Made by a program: the position numbers and the translations under genes. 64,000 nucleotides of DNA from a virus: IMG/VR virus record IMGVR_UViG_3300025133_008097, positions 32,001 to 96,000 of that record; one strand, 5' to 3'. This document shows, piece by piece, positions 20,001 through 26,730 of the stretch; position 1 is the stretch's first letter; the number at the start of each line of letters is the position of its first letter. The notes below the pieces were generated by a model. That model did no database searches. It was not told where the DNA came from and saw nothing but the letters and a program-made list of their open reading frames with translations.

Positions 20001-22700
20001 GGCTTCTATCCTGTAGAACGAACTGTTGCATTGGCTTCTTATTTTTCGCAATCGATGGGAACGTTTTTGCCGGCAACTCGCAGCGCCCCTGGCGTAGATG
20101 TGGACGGAAACACCACGGTCCCCGTTCGCGATGGTGTCTCGGCTCCCTGTTCCACCGCTAATGAGACATTATCTAAGATTCTACTGCAACCTCTGTTCGC
20201 CCCGGGCATCTTGTTTAACACTATCAAGTCTGGCATCGCGGTGAGTAACTATGTTATCCGCAACACTGCATCCGACCCCGGCCGAGATCGCCCTGCTTCG
20301 CTTTTTAATGTGGCTCCCAGCGCCGCCGGACATCATCGATACAGCCCGCTCCAACACACCGCAATGAACTCTTATTGGAATTGGACCAATTACTTCGCTA
20401 ATCCCATTTCGGTGCCATATCGTTACGGACACCTCACTCCAATAGATGATTATCACGAGTATAATTTTAACAGCTCCGCATCGATTCAGTCGTCATCCGT
20501 TTGTTCCGCGTCCTTTTTTCCTTTAAACTTGGGAACGAGTGCCTCAGCCGGAGCCTTTGCGGTCCAGGCCATCGGCATCGTCCCGCCCTCTGGCTCCAAT
20601 ACAACTGCATCAGCTGCTATTTGGCCAACTAATCGCTCGGGGTTTTATCTGCATAAGCTGCCTTTTGAGGCAATCCGACGCCCTCAGGATTATCTTTCGG
20701 CCCGTGGCCTCGCCGGCAGAGCATCACTGCACCGACCCCCGAAGTGGCAATACGGAGTGTTGCTGGGGACCGGTAGCTCGGACGCAGGTAACAACCCAGC
20801 AGTAGGCCTCGGTTCGGGTTGGTTGTATGACGAGGGTTGCGCAAGCTTCTCCTCTAGTATGGCAATGAGCGTTTACTTTAATGGAGTACTCGCCAATGAC
20901 AATCAGAACAAGATTCGCTGGCCTGGACAAATGAGCAGCCCGCTTTACGAACTGGCCATTGACAATTTCTTGTGTGAGACACTAAACTTCTTCCAAGATG
21001 GTCTAACAAGTTTCGTGTCAGCAGAGGAGACGGAGTTTAACCCAGTTAAGAAAAATCACTATTATGGCATGAGGGTGAATCTATATCGTACTACCGATGA
21101 TGAAGGTAATCCAAATTTTGGTATGTATAGTCGGGCCAGTGCATTTGGCGCGCCCCTTAAGGCCTCGGGTTCCCGCGGCGGAAACATTACTTATTCTCAT
21201 TTAACGCCCCCATACTACAATGGAGGAGCAACCGCAGATATCATTTATAAAGCCAGCTATAGCGATCGTCCGGCCCTGCAGGACATTATCTCACAGGTGG
21301 TTATTGAATACAATCGAGACGTCGAAACAAACTTAGTGGCCGGGACGTTTGGTTCAGATGGCCCGAATGGTTATCTAAGCAGCTCTTATATTGGCAACGT
21401 TACCGGTGCACTTCACACCGATTATGTTCACAATCAGATGCAAATTAGTGCCAGTGTTAATTTGTTGGATAAGATCTTGGCCGTCCCTGCAGGTCCGGGC
21501 GCAACAGCCAAGCCTCGATGGCTCATCCAATCTAAATTTGAAACCCCGGTTCTCAACTTTTATGATACCCCCTCACTGCCACATGGTACCTCTTCAATGG
21601 GAGACGCCGGAGGCCAGAGCGGAGTAGGGTGTATTAATGTGACTTCATCAACCGCCCCATTCCAAATTCGCGGGATGTGGCACCAGTACGGCCAAATACC
21701 AAGTGGCTCAGAAGGACTATTTTTGGGGGTTCAAGATCTTCCGACGAAATACTCATCATCTTATTATAGCGGCTCGATTGAACTCAAGTCTCTCAGATCG
21801 GTGGTAGGGTTTCAAAACGCCGGCGACCAAAGAGTTGGTCAACTAGCAGAAGCAAAAACTGTTAGAGAAGCAGTTATATGTGTGCCCTTTACTGTTAAGA
21901 ACAACCGGCGCCAATTTTTTAGTCTTCCTCCAACTCGAATGCTACACCGCGCCCGAGCATTCGCAACGCGTTCCCGGAACCGCCAAATCCCGGCACAACG
22001 AAGTTCTCGCTTCGATAGCCTAAGGAACAGAGCCGCAGTCTCTGCCCAGAAGTGGGATCAATATGGTGATGCATATGATAGGCAGCTTTCTATTTTAACA
22101 AGTTATGTGTTGCCCCCAACCTTGGACTTTTTTACCAACCCAAGTGTGCGCCCAGTTTATTTTACTGCTTTTGAATTTAGCGACACCTTTAGCCAAAAAG
22201 ATCTTCAAAACATGTGGCAAAATCTACCGCCGGAGAGCAACCAGAAATTTAAAAAATTGGAAAGCTCAGTTCATATTTCAGAATTTTGGACAAGCCGATT
22301 CTTTGGCCCGGAGAACGGCGGCAATGTTCAGTGGATGGTTTTCAAGGTTAAACAAAGGGCTGCAAAAGATTATGATATTTTCTCCAAACAGGGGCTCACG
22401 CAGGACACTCCTATCACTTCGCCGTCGATTCGATCGCCATATACGTTCAACTGGCCTTATGATTATTTCTCCTTAGTTGAACTACTTAAAATTGATGAAA
22501 ATATGGAATATGTTTCGGGAGAACTTCAAGATAGCATAGGGGCCTGGGAAGAAATGCCCCCTCAGCCACTACTTGGTGCATCCCCCGATGAGCCGCGGTC
22601 GGCTAGAGGAAGCCGAGAGGGCGAAGCTAGCGCCGGTGAAGAGGTCGCGCTCCTTAATGAAGAGGCCTCCGAAGGCACATCCCGACGACGGAGAAAGTAG
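11049..22700 (+). CDS. giant baseplate/fibre protein (3883 aa): gp7/P2 gpI-like wedge segment plus 3-4 LamG (concanavalin A-like) domains
   Basis: IYKSKGTEKAFRNLIRAFG (KGT at nt 12792-12800) matches the gpI/gp7 wedge motif. LamG patterns (TVEFWMK..WHHYALT..LYVDG..LDEFRYW) occur near nt 11570-12200, 15790-16360 and 17600-18130, with a degenerate copy at ~13050-13720. Confidence 0.75.
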   Translation: MSFKNLFDKAEARTTLANQSAQEVGSAIESEAFQTQDIIKEERFIPAVDYSSASSFARYGSAEMYYRDSIDRIIQQYPYDGSLRERLQWENDSTEIDLYLYDNLYPRSTGYILLSADGWGAQTSAADGYGLPTSPEYIYLKGGPHANPNGMEKLHLQFTGSNYYDTGSNRGSNLKYDLSGSGVTVEFWMKKDAWTGNTTKEVVLDVWNGNTIGNGDYGRLRVALDSAADGGAPFLVTLKSGSKGVIDQSVGSSVTVADEAWHHYALTFMSSETGIDTRLYVDGNLNQKTKLGSDALNQVTGALQGNIGALVTTTAGGGAQYAGKLSASLDEFRYWKTKRTGRDVGRFWFTQVGGGTNDDPMPFEDTTVTANTDLGVYYKFNEGITGVTATDSNILDYSGRVTNGAWTGYSSSSRNTGSAIISSSAAIKEFQDPIIYPFHPEVASLRTSLIQSGSEHDADNTAMMYSTIPSWITEDDFESGEHVRKLTQILSSYFDTLHLQAESLNKLKDIDYVSGSNKPTVYGHRLLSSHGLVTPDLFVDASVLEKLGDRSEDRVFEKSLSELKNLIYQNIYNNLSYIYKSKGTEKAFRNLIRAFGVDDDLIKINMYANNVEFDFTTNRKNKAIAKKYVNFNTISNSDASVFQLRNPGDTANTTGFISSSTNLTGGYAVTLESEVYFPKKFSRSDDWYTDTNIISSSLFGVHATTTQPTDTPGSEPAQTDTTIPVDNATNFQVYAVRDSVDSPNIQFILTGSDGGYVPRLTSSLFLDVYNNNQWNVAVKIRPQRYPWVAQVSDASNAGYFVEFEGVHVEAGIILNSFNVTGTIAGGVSGLPAFMSGSRRVFLGSNKTNVTGATLQRSDTKIGSCRLWLDNLTTEEMQAHALDPQNYGRTNSGMYAFPFQSSASYGDIPACDTLLLNWNFNQNTGSNADGGFRVADLSSGSASRSGSAGWLSNLLYMQHPGSGSEFEASSTSVTDKDFVITSKQNLPEALESSDMITVLSQQDDVEFTIDSRPTNYFLAFEKSMQQAISEEMINYFASLSDLNTLIGAPVNLYRPHYKGLNFVKQQFFETVSNDEIDFEKFFEYYKWIDDALSTFLAQLAPVSLDFDPNIRTLIESHILERSKYQHKFPFLAKSEPDISGTIGTIASPITVNSIINDAQGTGIESAHAPTKRVTGMPNTSLLNSWKYDHAPLPTASWVDGARPQQDAGSLAWWQNRAVRGGDAELMVLNATGGMPSGALADRQVLLNAIKASNSRTLNRPYKFSGGGSVVLGGVAQHINKRKDFVYDATTPMGPVVGTSSVPQNIMVAVSGDVEQLINTSDVYFPSQKSRLGFGINPSINIGNTSSVQFYSDYPIVGDGATLAPFSLYSSSIDDELATEMSAFTGSTIITNMHADLASTRTDIPMQGPFTEKFVGGREHRHIRLNEFSSKNPAFNGLDTRENRPEGFRVMMGYELTGATGTTSPWKSTPGRLQVVGPQYPEIDTAAGISNLSDRPKANLSRVEYAKRPVNIKNIKMTTGSLSQSMSGTIDHNRIGNYSKNYEVIQTAGRSQNDPFFQDQSFDFALYPETLATRGRFPLENPRHGALYFADGTNSTYADGTLVGSGTFLDTIMGGAEAALKPHAVSMWIYADSSGTDDNIFFSVAENAVSTGRYFRIFNVQSDPYLYAWLGTDAVCQSTTGQFQQDAWNHIAFVTSGGVDHGGDLSTYWYINGVDATNSSTAGTPKAITADQKMWLGVYGYNMAYDFYPGYVCDFAIWEACLSPDNVQEIYNKGRRWDLESSTISNQLALWSSFGSSNLSSDWRRNPNGNSPAGFNGGKYGGGNNTWRVGGSEEYRELSGALNLMWTGGQTQVLSGNLDYAIPARTGSDSNQSIIVNRFNAPGGWDVSSQGYMDPAHEEYSVYNALPFRNRHVINYGVSGSASAPPSGSTIIVQDQIDRPRGLDQLWTLHTGRYGADAAFGEVTLAEVQQNANLTVTKPSFHKIQRNAKKRVVITGSFVAPPAATDQPLSTGSSYDNLFVQHPVPRADRNYAWITASMFPHAAFYGYDQKVLPFSGSTKVYELARAIVTGPSGSSGSSYVTASYPFGTGSDVDKSTYAPSVEPPYTTLYVSGNINFAGFAYDEYATRYVNLETHTLEPPIYMPNNHSYLMSGSGEDAFAETSLYKAGGPGAWREMGARNGTTLPSSNAAFTVAWWQKFDLTGSTGIVNQDDDPGADLDYMTPWQWTNRWGTSSRRRFWFKWYGGLAVPYFFIDGPYASLGVGDGEIRPTSAINYLRSGLWYHLAATFDGIDPDGANTEDHMKIYINGRAITTTVEEELKAPYGIDGPLWIGGSRHNCHPFVGNLDEMQVYNRDLSAPEIRDLFERAGTNFFGAPNLKDSMMSWWRFGTTPGDSVSVIQDTIRNNDAIQYYTSGVVSISDAVPASGSDGAQGNLDVSVVTPTGPGSYNASASYGLYAITGAFWSNSSITFNQTMLNLNGPYQHPSWKQIRTGEHPVARKMRETNRISVSDRPPMVAIYRAGAADPINVVRAKKPQGFTDYVESPVVSRYKPLVAAFEDLSESPVPGTRVQMKVAWGNNITYFTHNGLNSRLNLEVDPAEEQAYNGVRQFINSESENLGAYVSYGEQIYPAEANAYRQQVRSRLHYKIDNIWANNRADRTYPVTNSQGYWDNIGRAQDGGPESPWPLDTPMYITSTTSSTGYRPSYVTAFSFLNSGGGFVRSTASVFLSGGLGPDGISFYGGFSNTGMLPGNFASNMHNSVGSGTGSGGGELQNTYNFWMRKPGPTARVAGTTDSLGGWMTGTLHPAASYIRPILEVGRAVVPGEAAELGGRRFAASLQVGFHPWVAPQQSGLSPYRPYDEYAQNLRTAGKEYSIVPEFRISEHLENYFGSTRKERATNGFLSRLTNLIELTGATAAADSNARFYKTYSNSDFLELFKIVDEDFREERKPSRSRSEDDPEAPTLRSLDLQRHGTTLKASAFLSFLPYKGFYPVERTVALASYFSQSMGTFLPATRSAPGVDVDGNTTVPVRDGVSAPCSTANETLSKILLQPLFAPGILFNTIKSGIAVSNYVIRNTASDPGRDRPASLFNVAPSAAGHHRYSPLQHTAMNSYWNWTNYFANPISVPYRYGHLTPIDDYHEYNFNSSASIQSSSVCSASFFPLNLGTSASAGAFAVQAIGIVPPSGSNTTASAAIWPTNRSGFYLHKLPFEAIRRPQDYLSARGLAGRASLHRPPKWQYGVLLGTGSSDAGNNPAVGLGSGWLYDEGCASFSSSMAMSVYFNGVLANDNQNKIRWPGQMSSPLYELAIDNFLCETLNFFQDGLTSFVSAEETEFNPVKKNHYYGMRVNLYRTTDDEGNPNFGMYSRASAFGAPLKASGSRGGNITYSHLTPPYYNGGATADIIYKASYSDRPALQDIISQVVIEYNRDVETNLVAGTFGSDGPNGYLSSSYIGNVTGALHTDYVHNQMQISASVNLLDKILAVPAGPGATAKPRWLIQSKFETPVLNFYDTPSLPHGTSSMGDAGGQSGVGCINVTSSTAPFQIRGMWHQYGQIPSGSEGLFLGVQDLPTKYSSSYYSGSIELKSLRSVVGFQNAGDQRVGQLAEAKTVREAVICVPFTVKNNRRQFFSLPPTRMLHRARAFATRSRNRQIPAQRSSRFDSLRNRAAVSAQKWDQYGDAYDRQLSILTSYVLPPTLDFFTNPSVRPVYFTAFEFSDTFSQKDLQNMWQNLPPESNQKFKKLESSVHISEFWTSRFFGPENGGNVQWMVFKVKQRAAKDYDIFSKQGLTQDTPITSPSIRSPYTFNWPYDYFSLVELLKIDENMEYVSGELQDSIGAWEEMPPQPLLGASPDEPRSARGSREGEASAGEEVALLNEEASEGTSRRRRK

Positions 22701-22709
22701 AGGCATAAG

Positions 22710-23747
22710 ATGGAGTTTTTCAATAAAAAAGAAGACGTCCTAGATGTTCAACTCACCGAGTATGGAAAATACCTCTTATCTCAGGGGAGGATGAAGCCGG
22801 CCTATTATGCTTTTTTTGACGATGAGGTGTTATATGATCTCTCGGCTAGTGGAGACCAGAACGAAGCGCAGAAAGATGTAGATCGAAGAATCCGCTATGA
22901 AACTCCTAATTTACGACCGCAAAGTAATACAACGGGAGTGGAAACCCGCGTAAGGCAATTTCAAAAAGCAGTACAAAAGAATGCCAACAAGAAGGCGCTA
23001 ACAGTCAATTCTATCGACTTTGCCGATGCTTTCGAAAACGTTCCCCACTTTGATCAGAAGTTTTTTGTGGCCACAGACCCCTTAGGAAGCAGTGATCTCA
23101 AGTCGACGTATGACCCGGCATGGGGAGTAAACCTTCTTCATAACGAGATATCTTCTAGCACCGATTATTATACTGTTAATTTAACGAGTAGTGCAGCAAC
23201 GTTGAATAACGGCGTGATTAAGGAAATCCCTCAGATCAATATTACGTTGGACTATAAGACTTTTTATACAAAGAACACCATGGCCGGCCCAGACTTTGAG
23301 ATTCTAGCTTCTTTGAATGCAGAAGGAATTAATTTAGCGTTGGAAAAAAATTATATCTTAATAGACGTCCAAGAGCACAATACAAATTATGAAAAAGAAA
23401 ATTTTTATATAGAGGTATTTGAGTCGGGAAGCGATGATATGCTTAAGCAGATGTGCTTTACTAAAGGGTTTAAAAAGCCAGACGCCGATAGTGCAGACAG
23501 TTATCTAGATCTTAGCACAGATTGGGAAATCCCCGGACCATCGATTACTCGCCAGTTCTGTATCGACGAAAATACTATTAACAATAATGGTCCTACTTGT
23601 CAAGATCCTTATGGCGACAGCTCGGCTGGCTTCGCCGCCACGCGCGGTGGCGGTGGCGACGACGATCAACGCTTTGAAATTGAGACCGGCCCGCAGATCT
23701 ATTCTACTGAAGAGGATAGTACCAAGGATGAGGAGCCCTGCGACTAA
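22710..23747 (+). CDS. baseplate/fibre-attachment protein with gpH/DUF3751 N-terminal-like motif
   Basis: N-terminus DVQLTEYGKYLLSQGRMKPAYYAFFDDEVLY is paralogous to the N-terminus of the 30792 ORF. Confidence 0.55.
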   Translation: MEFFNKKEDVLDVQLTEYGKYLLSQGRMKPAYYAFFDDEVLYDLSASGDQNEAQKDVDRRIRYETPNLRPQSNTTGVETRVRQFQKAVQKNANKKALTVNSIDFADAFENVPHFDQKFFVATDPLGSSDLKSTYDPAWGVNLLHNEISSSTDYYTVNLTSSAATLNNGVIKEIPQINITLDYKTFYTKNTMAGPDFEILASLNAEGINLALEKNYILIDVQEHNTNYEKENFYIEVFESGSDDMLKQMCFTKGFKKPDADSADSYLDLSTDWEIPGPSITRQFCIDENTINNNGPTCQDPYGDSSAGFAATRGGGGDDDQRFEIETGPQIYSTEEDSTKDEEPCD

Positions 23748-26728
23748 TGGGAAATATTTCATCCACAATATTTAATAATCCGTTACCCGCGGTATTGGTA
23801 AAAGAGGTTCTGCTAAGAGGGGATCAAACCAACCGAGCGATAACGAAGATAGATATCAAGCTCACACTTCAAAATATGAAGCTGGAAGATGGTGAACCGT
23901 TTTCTTTGTTTGTCGCTCTGGTAACCGACCGAGATGCATTAGCAGCGCTGCAAAAGAATCCGTCAGCTCTTCAATATGAAATATCTACACCGAACTCCCC
24001 AAGTGTAAAAACCGGTCGTATGCTGAAGAAATATATTGGCGTAGAAGACTTTTTCGTAGATAAAAAAATAAGACACCTACTCAATACTCGCGATGGCGCC
24101 GGCGTGACCACCAAAGAAATTTCAGTTGGGATGGATATTTTTGCCACCCAAAACCAAGATCTGTGGATTTATTGCATCCCCTATCAATCAAGTAAGGGAG
24201 CCGATGATAAGGTCAAACAAGTTATCGGCAAGCACAGATTCCAATTCGGCGCGCATGTAGTCGAGCCCATATTTGCGGGAGGCGCCCCCCCCACAACCAC
24301 ATATTTGTATACACTAGCCCAAGGAGGTAGACATTTCGGCCAGAAAGGCGACGTGTGGCCCGGAGCGGTTACTTTTCATAAGAACTCTTATTATGTCAAA
24401 CCTGTTTTCCGCGCACTTGGCCCCAAGCTCAAACGATCCCAGGTAAGTAATCAAAAAATTAAAGATCTTAGAGTGCTAGAAATTATTGATGGCCTCGATT
24501 TAGATAATTTTGTATTTAACACCAATAATATTAATCGCAGTAATGTTAAAAAATATGAGAAAGTAAAGGGCCTCTTGGGGAAGAAATATTTTTCTCCATT
24601 CCAGTATTGTCGCGACAGCAAGGGTGCCTTTAAGCTATTTTTAGGGATGGACTACAACACTTACATTCAGGATAATGCGCGCCTGGCGAATCTATTTGCC
24701 AACAAGGGATCTCTTAAGTCCTGTTTTACGATAAACGAAGTATCGGTTTATCGGGAAAGGAAAAATGAAATTTCTGAGGGGAGCAAACTGACCGCACAAC
24801 CGATTGCCCCATCTTCGGACTTCTTCGTCGAGCCGCCTAAGTTTGTTGGGGATTTGAGTTCTGCAGTAGCGACAATTGATATGGGTTTAGGCGATTTCTT
24901 AAATTTTGTTATTACAGACAAAGCGATGAAGAAGGAAGAAATATCTAATTTTGAATATACCATTACTTTTGAATTTGTAGATTCAACTGCTCAAGCTGTT
25001 AAAAATATTGTTGATAGATTAGAAATGATCTTCACTGAATTCCAATCATTTATGTCTAAGTTTGAGGGCCTCGGAAAAAAGAATTACGATATAGAAGAAT
25101 ATTTGAGAGTAAATGCTGACACTATTAAGTCGGACGACTCATGGGTTCGCTTAATTGATGAATTTTTGGCTTCAATTTTATTTATATTTGGGCCCGAGAC
25201 TTTCGGAAACGAGACCCCTCTCGTATGGAAAAAAAATCTAACAACCATGATAAATCCAATGTGTGCCACAGACGAAACTTTTCGGGAATTTACCGAGACC
25301 ATAAAAGGATATATTGGAGATCTGCGTAATATTGTGTCTCTCCCTGTCGTGGGCAGAAGCGATAAAAAGTTTAGTACTCGGTCCAAAGTAGCTCAAACCC
25401 AAGAGATGGTCCGGAAGATTAAGTATACGTATAAATCTCAGAAGGTTAAAAAAACCACGGATGCGGACGTTGGCTTTGATTACTTGGGTATAGCTAAGTT
25501 TTTAAAGGAGAGTGGCACTGGCCTCTCGGGGATTGAGCTTGATGATTTTGAAAAAAGAATGAACTTAGAGATCAATAAGTATAAGGTAGCCAATCCTAAT
25601 GTCACCTCTATTAATAGGTATGGGTTCTTATCTCCTTATCGCATATACACTCCCTACGAAACTCAGGATACCTTTGGGGACCACCTAGAGCTAGCCGATG
25701 GTCTTATAATTTTAGAAAATAATAAGAATCCCTCTATTTCACAGTTCATAGCTGATGGATCCCCGCAGGAAGTAGATCTTAAAATCTCCACGATGATGTC
25801 GATTCTGGGCACCAGCGGCATTTATATGGAGCCATTATTTACTGGACTGACAGAGCATGTCGCCGCTAAGCTGTCACTAAGAGACGAAGAACAATCTGAT
25901 TCTGATGATTATTTTGATGTAGACGCCTTTACTCTAGAAGGCCAAAGTGCAGAAGACCACGTTAGTGGCAGTAGCGGTGTTAGATTTAGAGATCTCCAAG
26001 GCCAAAAAAGTAAGATGTTGATGTTAGAATCCGACTTAGCCGAGAAAATGGTCGATGGTATCGCTCAGAATTTTACTGATTTTAAACTTCTTCCAAGACC
26101 CGGATCGGCGGGCTCCTTGGCGCATGCGCGGATACATCAAAACCTTGAAGAGTTTAGGGATACTAACTCATTTGAAAGAGACATTTTTTATAATTCTTTG
26201 AAAAAGATAGAAACATTGACGGGATATTTTAACGATAATATTCGTCGTCCTAAATGGGAAGTCCTAACCGCAGGCCAGCTTGCGCAGCTTAAAGAGACTG
26301 ACAGATCAATACTTTGTCGTTTGTCGCCGTGCCCTCCGGTAACGAGTGCTCCCACTCGTTATAATCTGGGTGCTTATAACCATTTATTTGTTTTGGGCGA
26401 CGGCTTTGCCGGCCAGAAACAAATGCGCGCTAACTATCTTAAAAGGTATAAGGGCTACCTCACTCGAATGACAGCTCTTAACCAGAGTGTCGCAGCCAAC
26501 ATTGCTCGCCCCGAAGCAAACTATGGACCAGAATATTATGTTGCGTCCGCGCCGTCATCCGCGGCCAATAAGGGAGTCGGGAAAAAAGTAGAAAAGGATA
26601 AAAAGGCTGCCTCTAAGAAAGGAAAAACATCTAAGCTCACACAACGAAGGGCACAATCAATGGCGGCACTTGAAAACACAGACGCAGCTAAGAACACCGG
26701 CAAAAAAGGTCGTCGAGGAGGATATTAA
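23747..26728 (+). CDS. hypothetical virion-module protein (993 aa), basic C-tail ending TGKKGRRGGY
   Basis: Long ORF TAATG-coupled to the upstream gene; Lys-rich C-terminus; no family recognised. Confidence 0.7.
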   Translation: MGNISSTIFNNPLPAVLVKEVLLRGDQTNRAITKIDIKLTLQNMKLEDGEPFSLFVALVTDRDALAALQKNPSALQYEISTPNSPSVKTGRMLKKYIGVEDFFVDKKIRHLLNTRDGAGVTTKEISVGMDIFATQNQDLWIYCIPYQSSKGADDKVKQVIGKHRFQFGAHVVEPIFAGGAPPTTTYLYTLAQGGRHFGQKGDVWPGAVTFHKNSYYVKPVFRALGPKLKRSQVSNQKIKDLRVLEIIDGLDLDNFVFNTNNINRSNVKKYEKVKGLLGKKYFSPFQYCRDSKGAFKLFLGMDYNTYIQDNARLANLFANKGSLKSCFTINEVSVYRERKNEISEGSKLTAQPIAPSSDFFVEPPKFVGDLSSAVATIDMGLGDFLNFVITDKAMKKEEISNFEYTITFEFVDSTAQAVKNIVDRLEMIFTEFQSFMSKFEGLGKKNYDIEEYLRVNADTIKSDDSWVRLIDEFLASILFIFGPETFGNETPLVWKKNLTTMINPMCATDETFREFTETIKGYIGDLRNIVSLPVVGRSDKKFSTRSKVAQTQEMVRKIKYTYKSQKVKKTTDADVGFDYLGIAKFLKESGTGLSGIELDDFEKRMNLEINKYKVANPNVTSINRYGFLSPYRIYTPYETQDTFGDHLELADGLIILENNKNPSISQFIADGSPQEVDLKISTMMSILGTSGIYMEPLFTGLTEHVAAKLSLRDEEQSDSDDYFDVDAFTLEGQSAEDHVSGSSGVRFRDLQGQKSKMLMLESDLAEKMVDGIAQNFTDFKLLPRPGSAGSLAHARIHQNLEEFRDTNSFERDIFYNSLKKIETLTGYFNDNIRRPKWEVLTAGQLAQLKETDRSILCRLSPCPPVTSAPTRYNLGAYNHLFVLGDGFAGQKQMRANYLKRYKGYLTRMTALNQSVAANIARPEANYGPEYYVASAPSSAANKGVGKKVEKDKKAASKKGKTSKLTQRRAQSMAALENTDAAKNTGKKGRRGGY

Positions 26729-26730
26729 TT

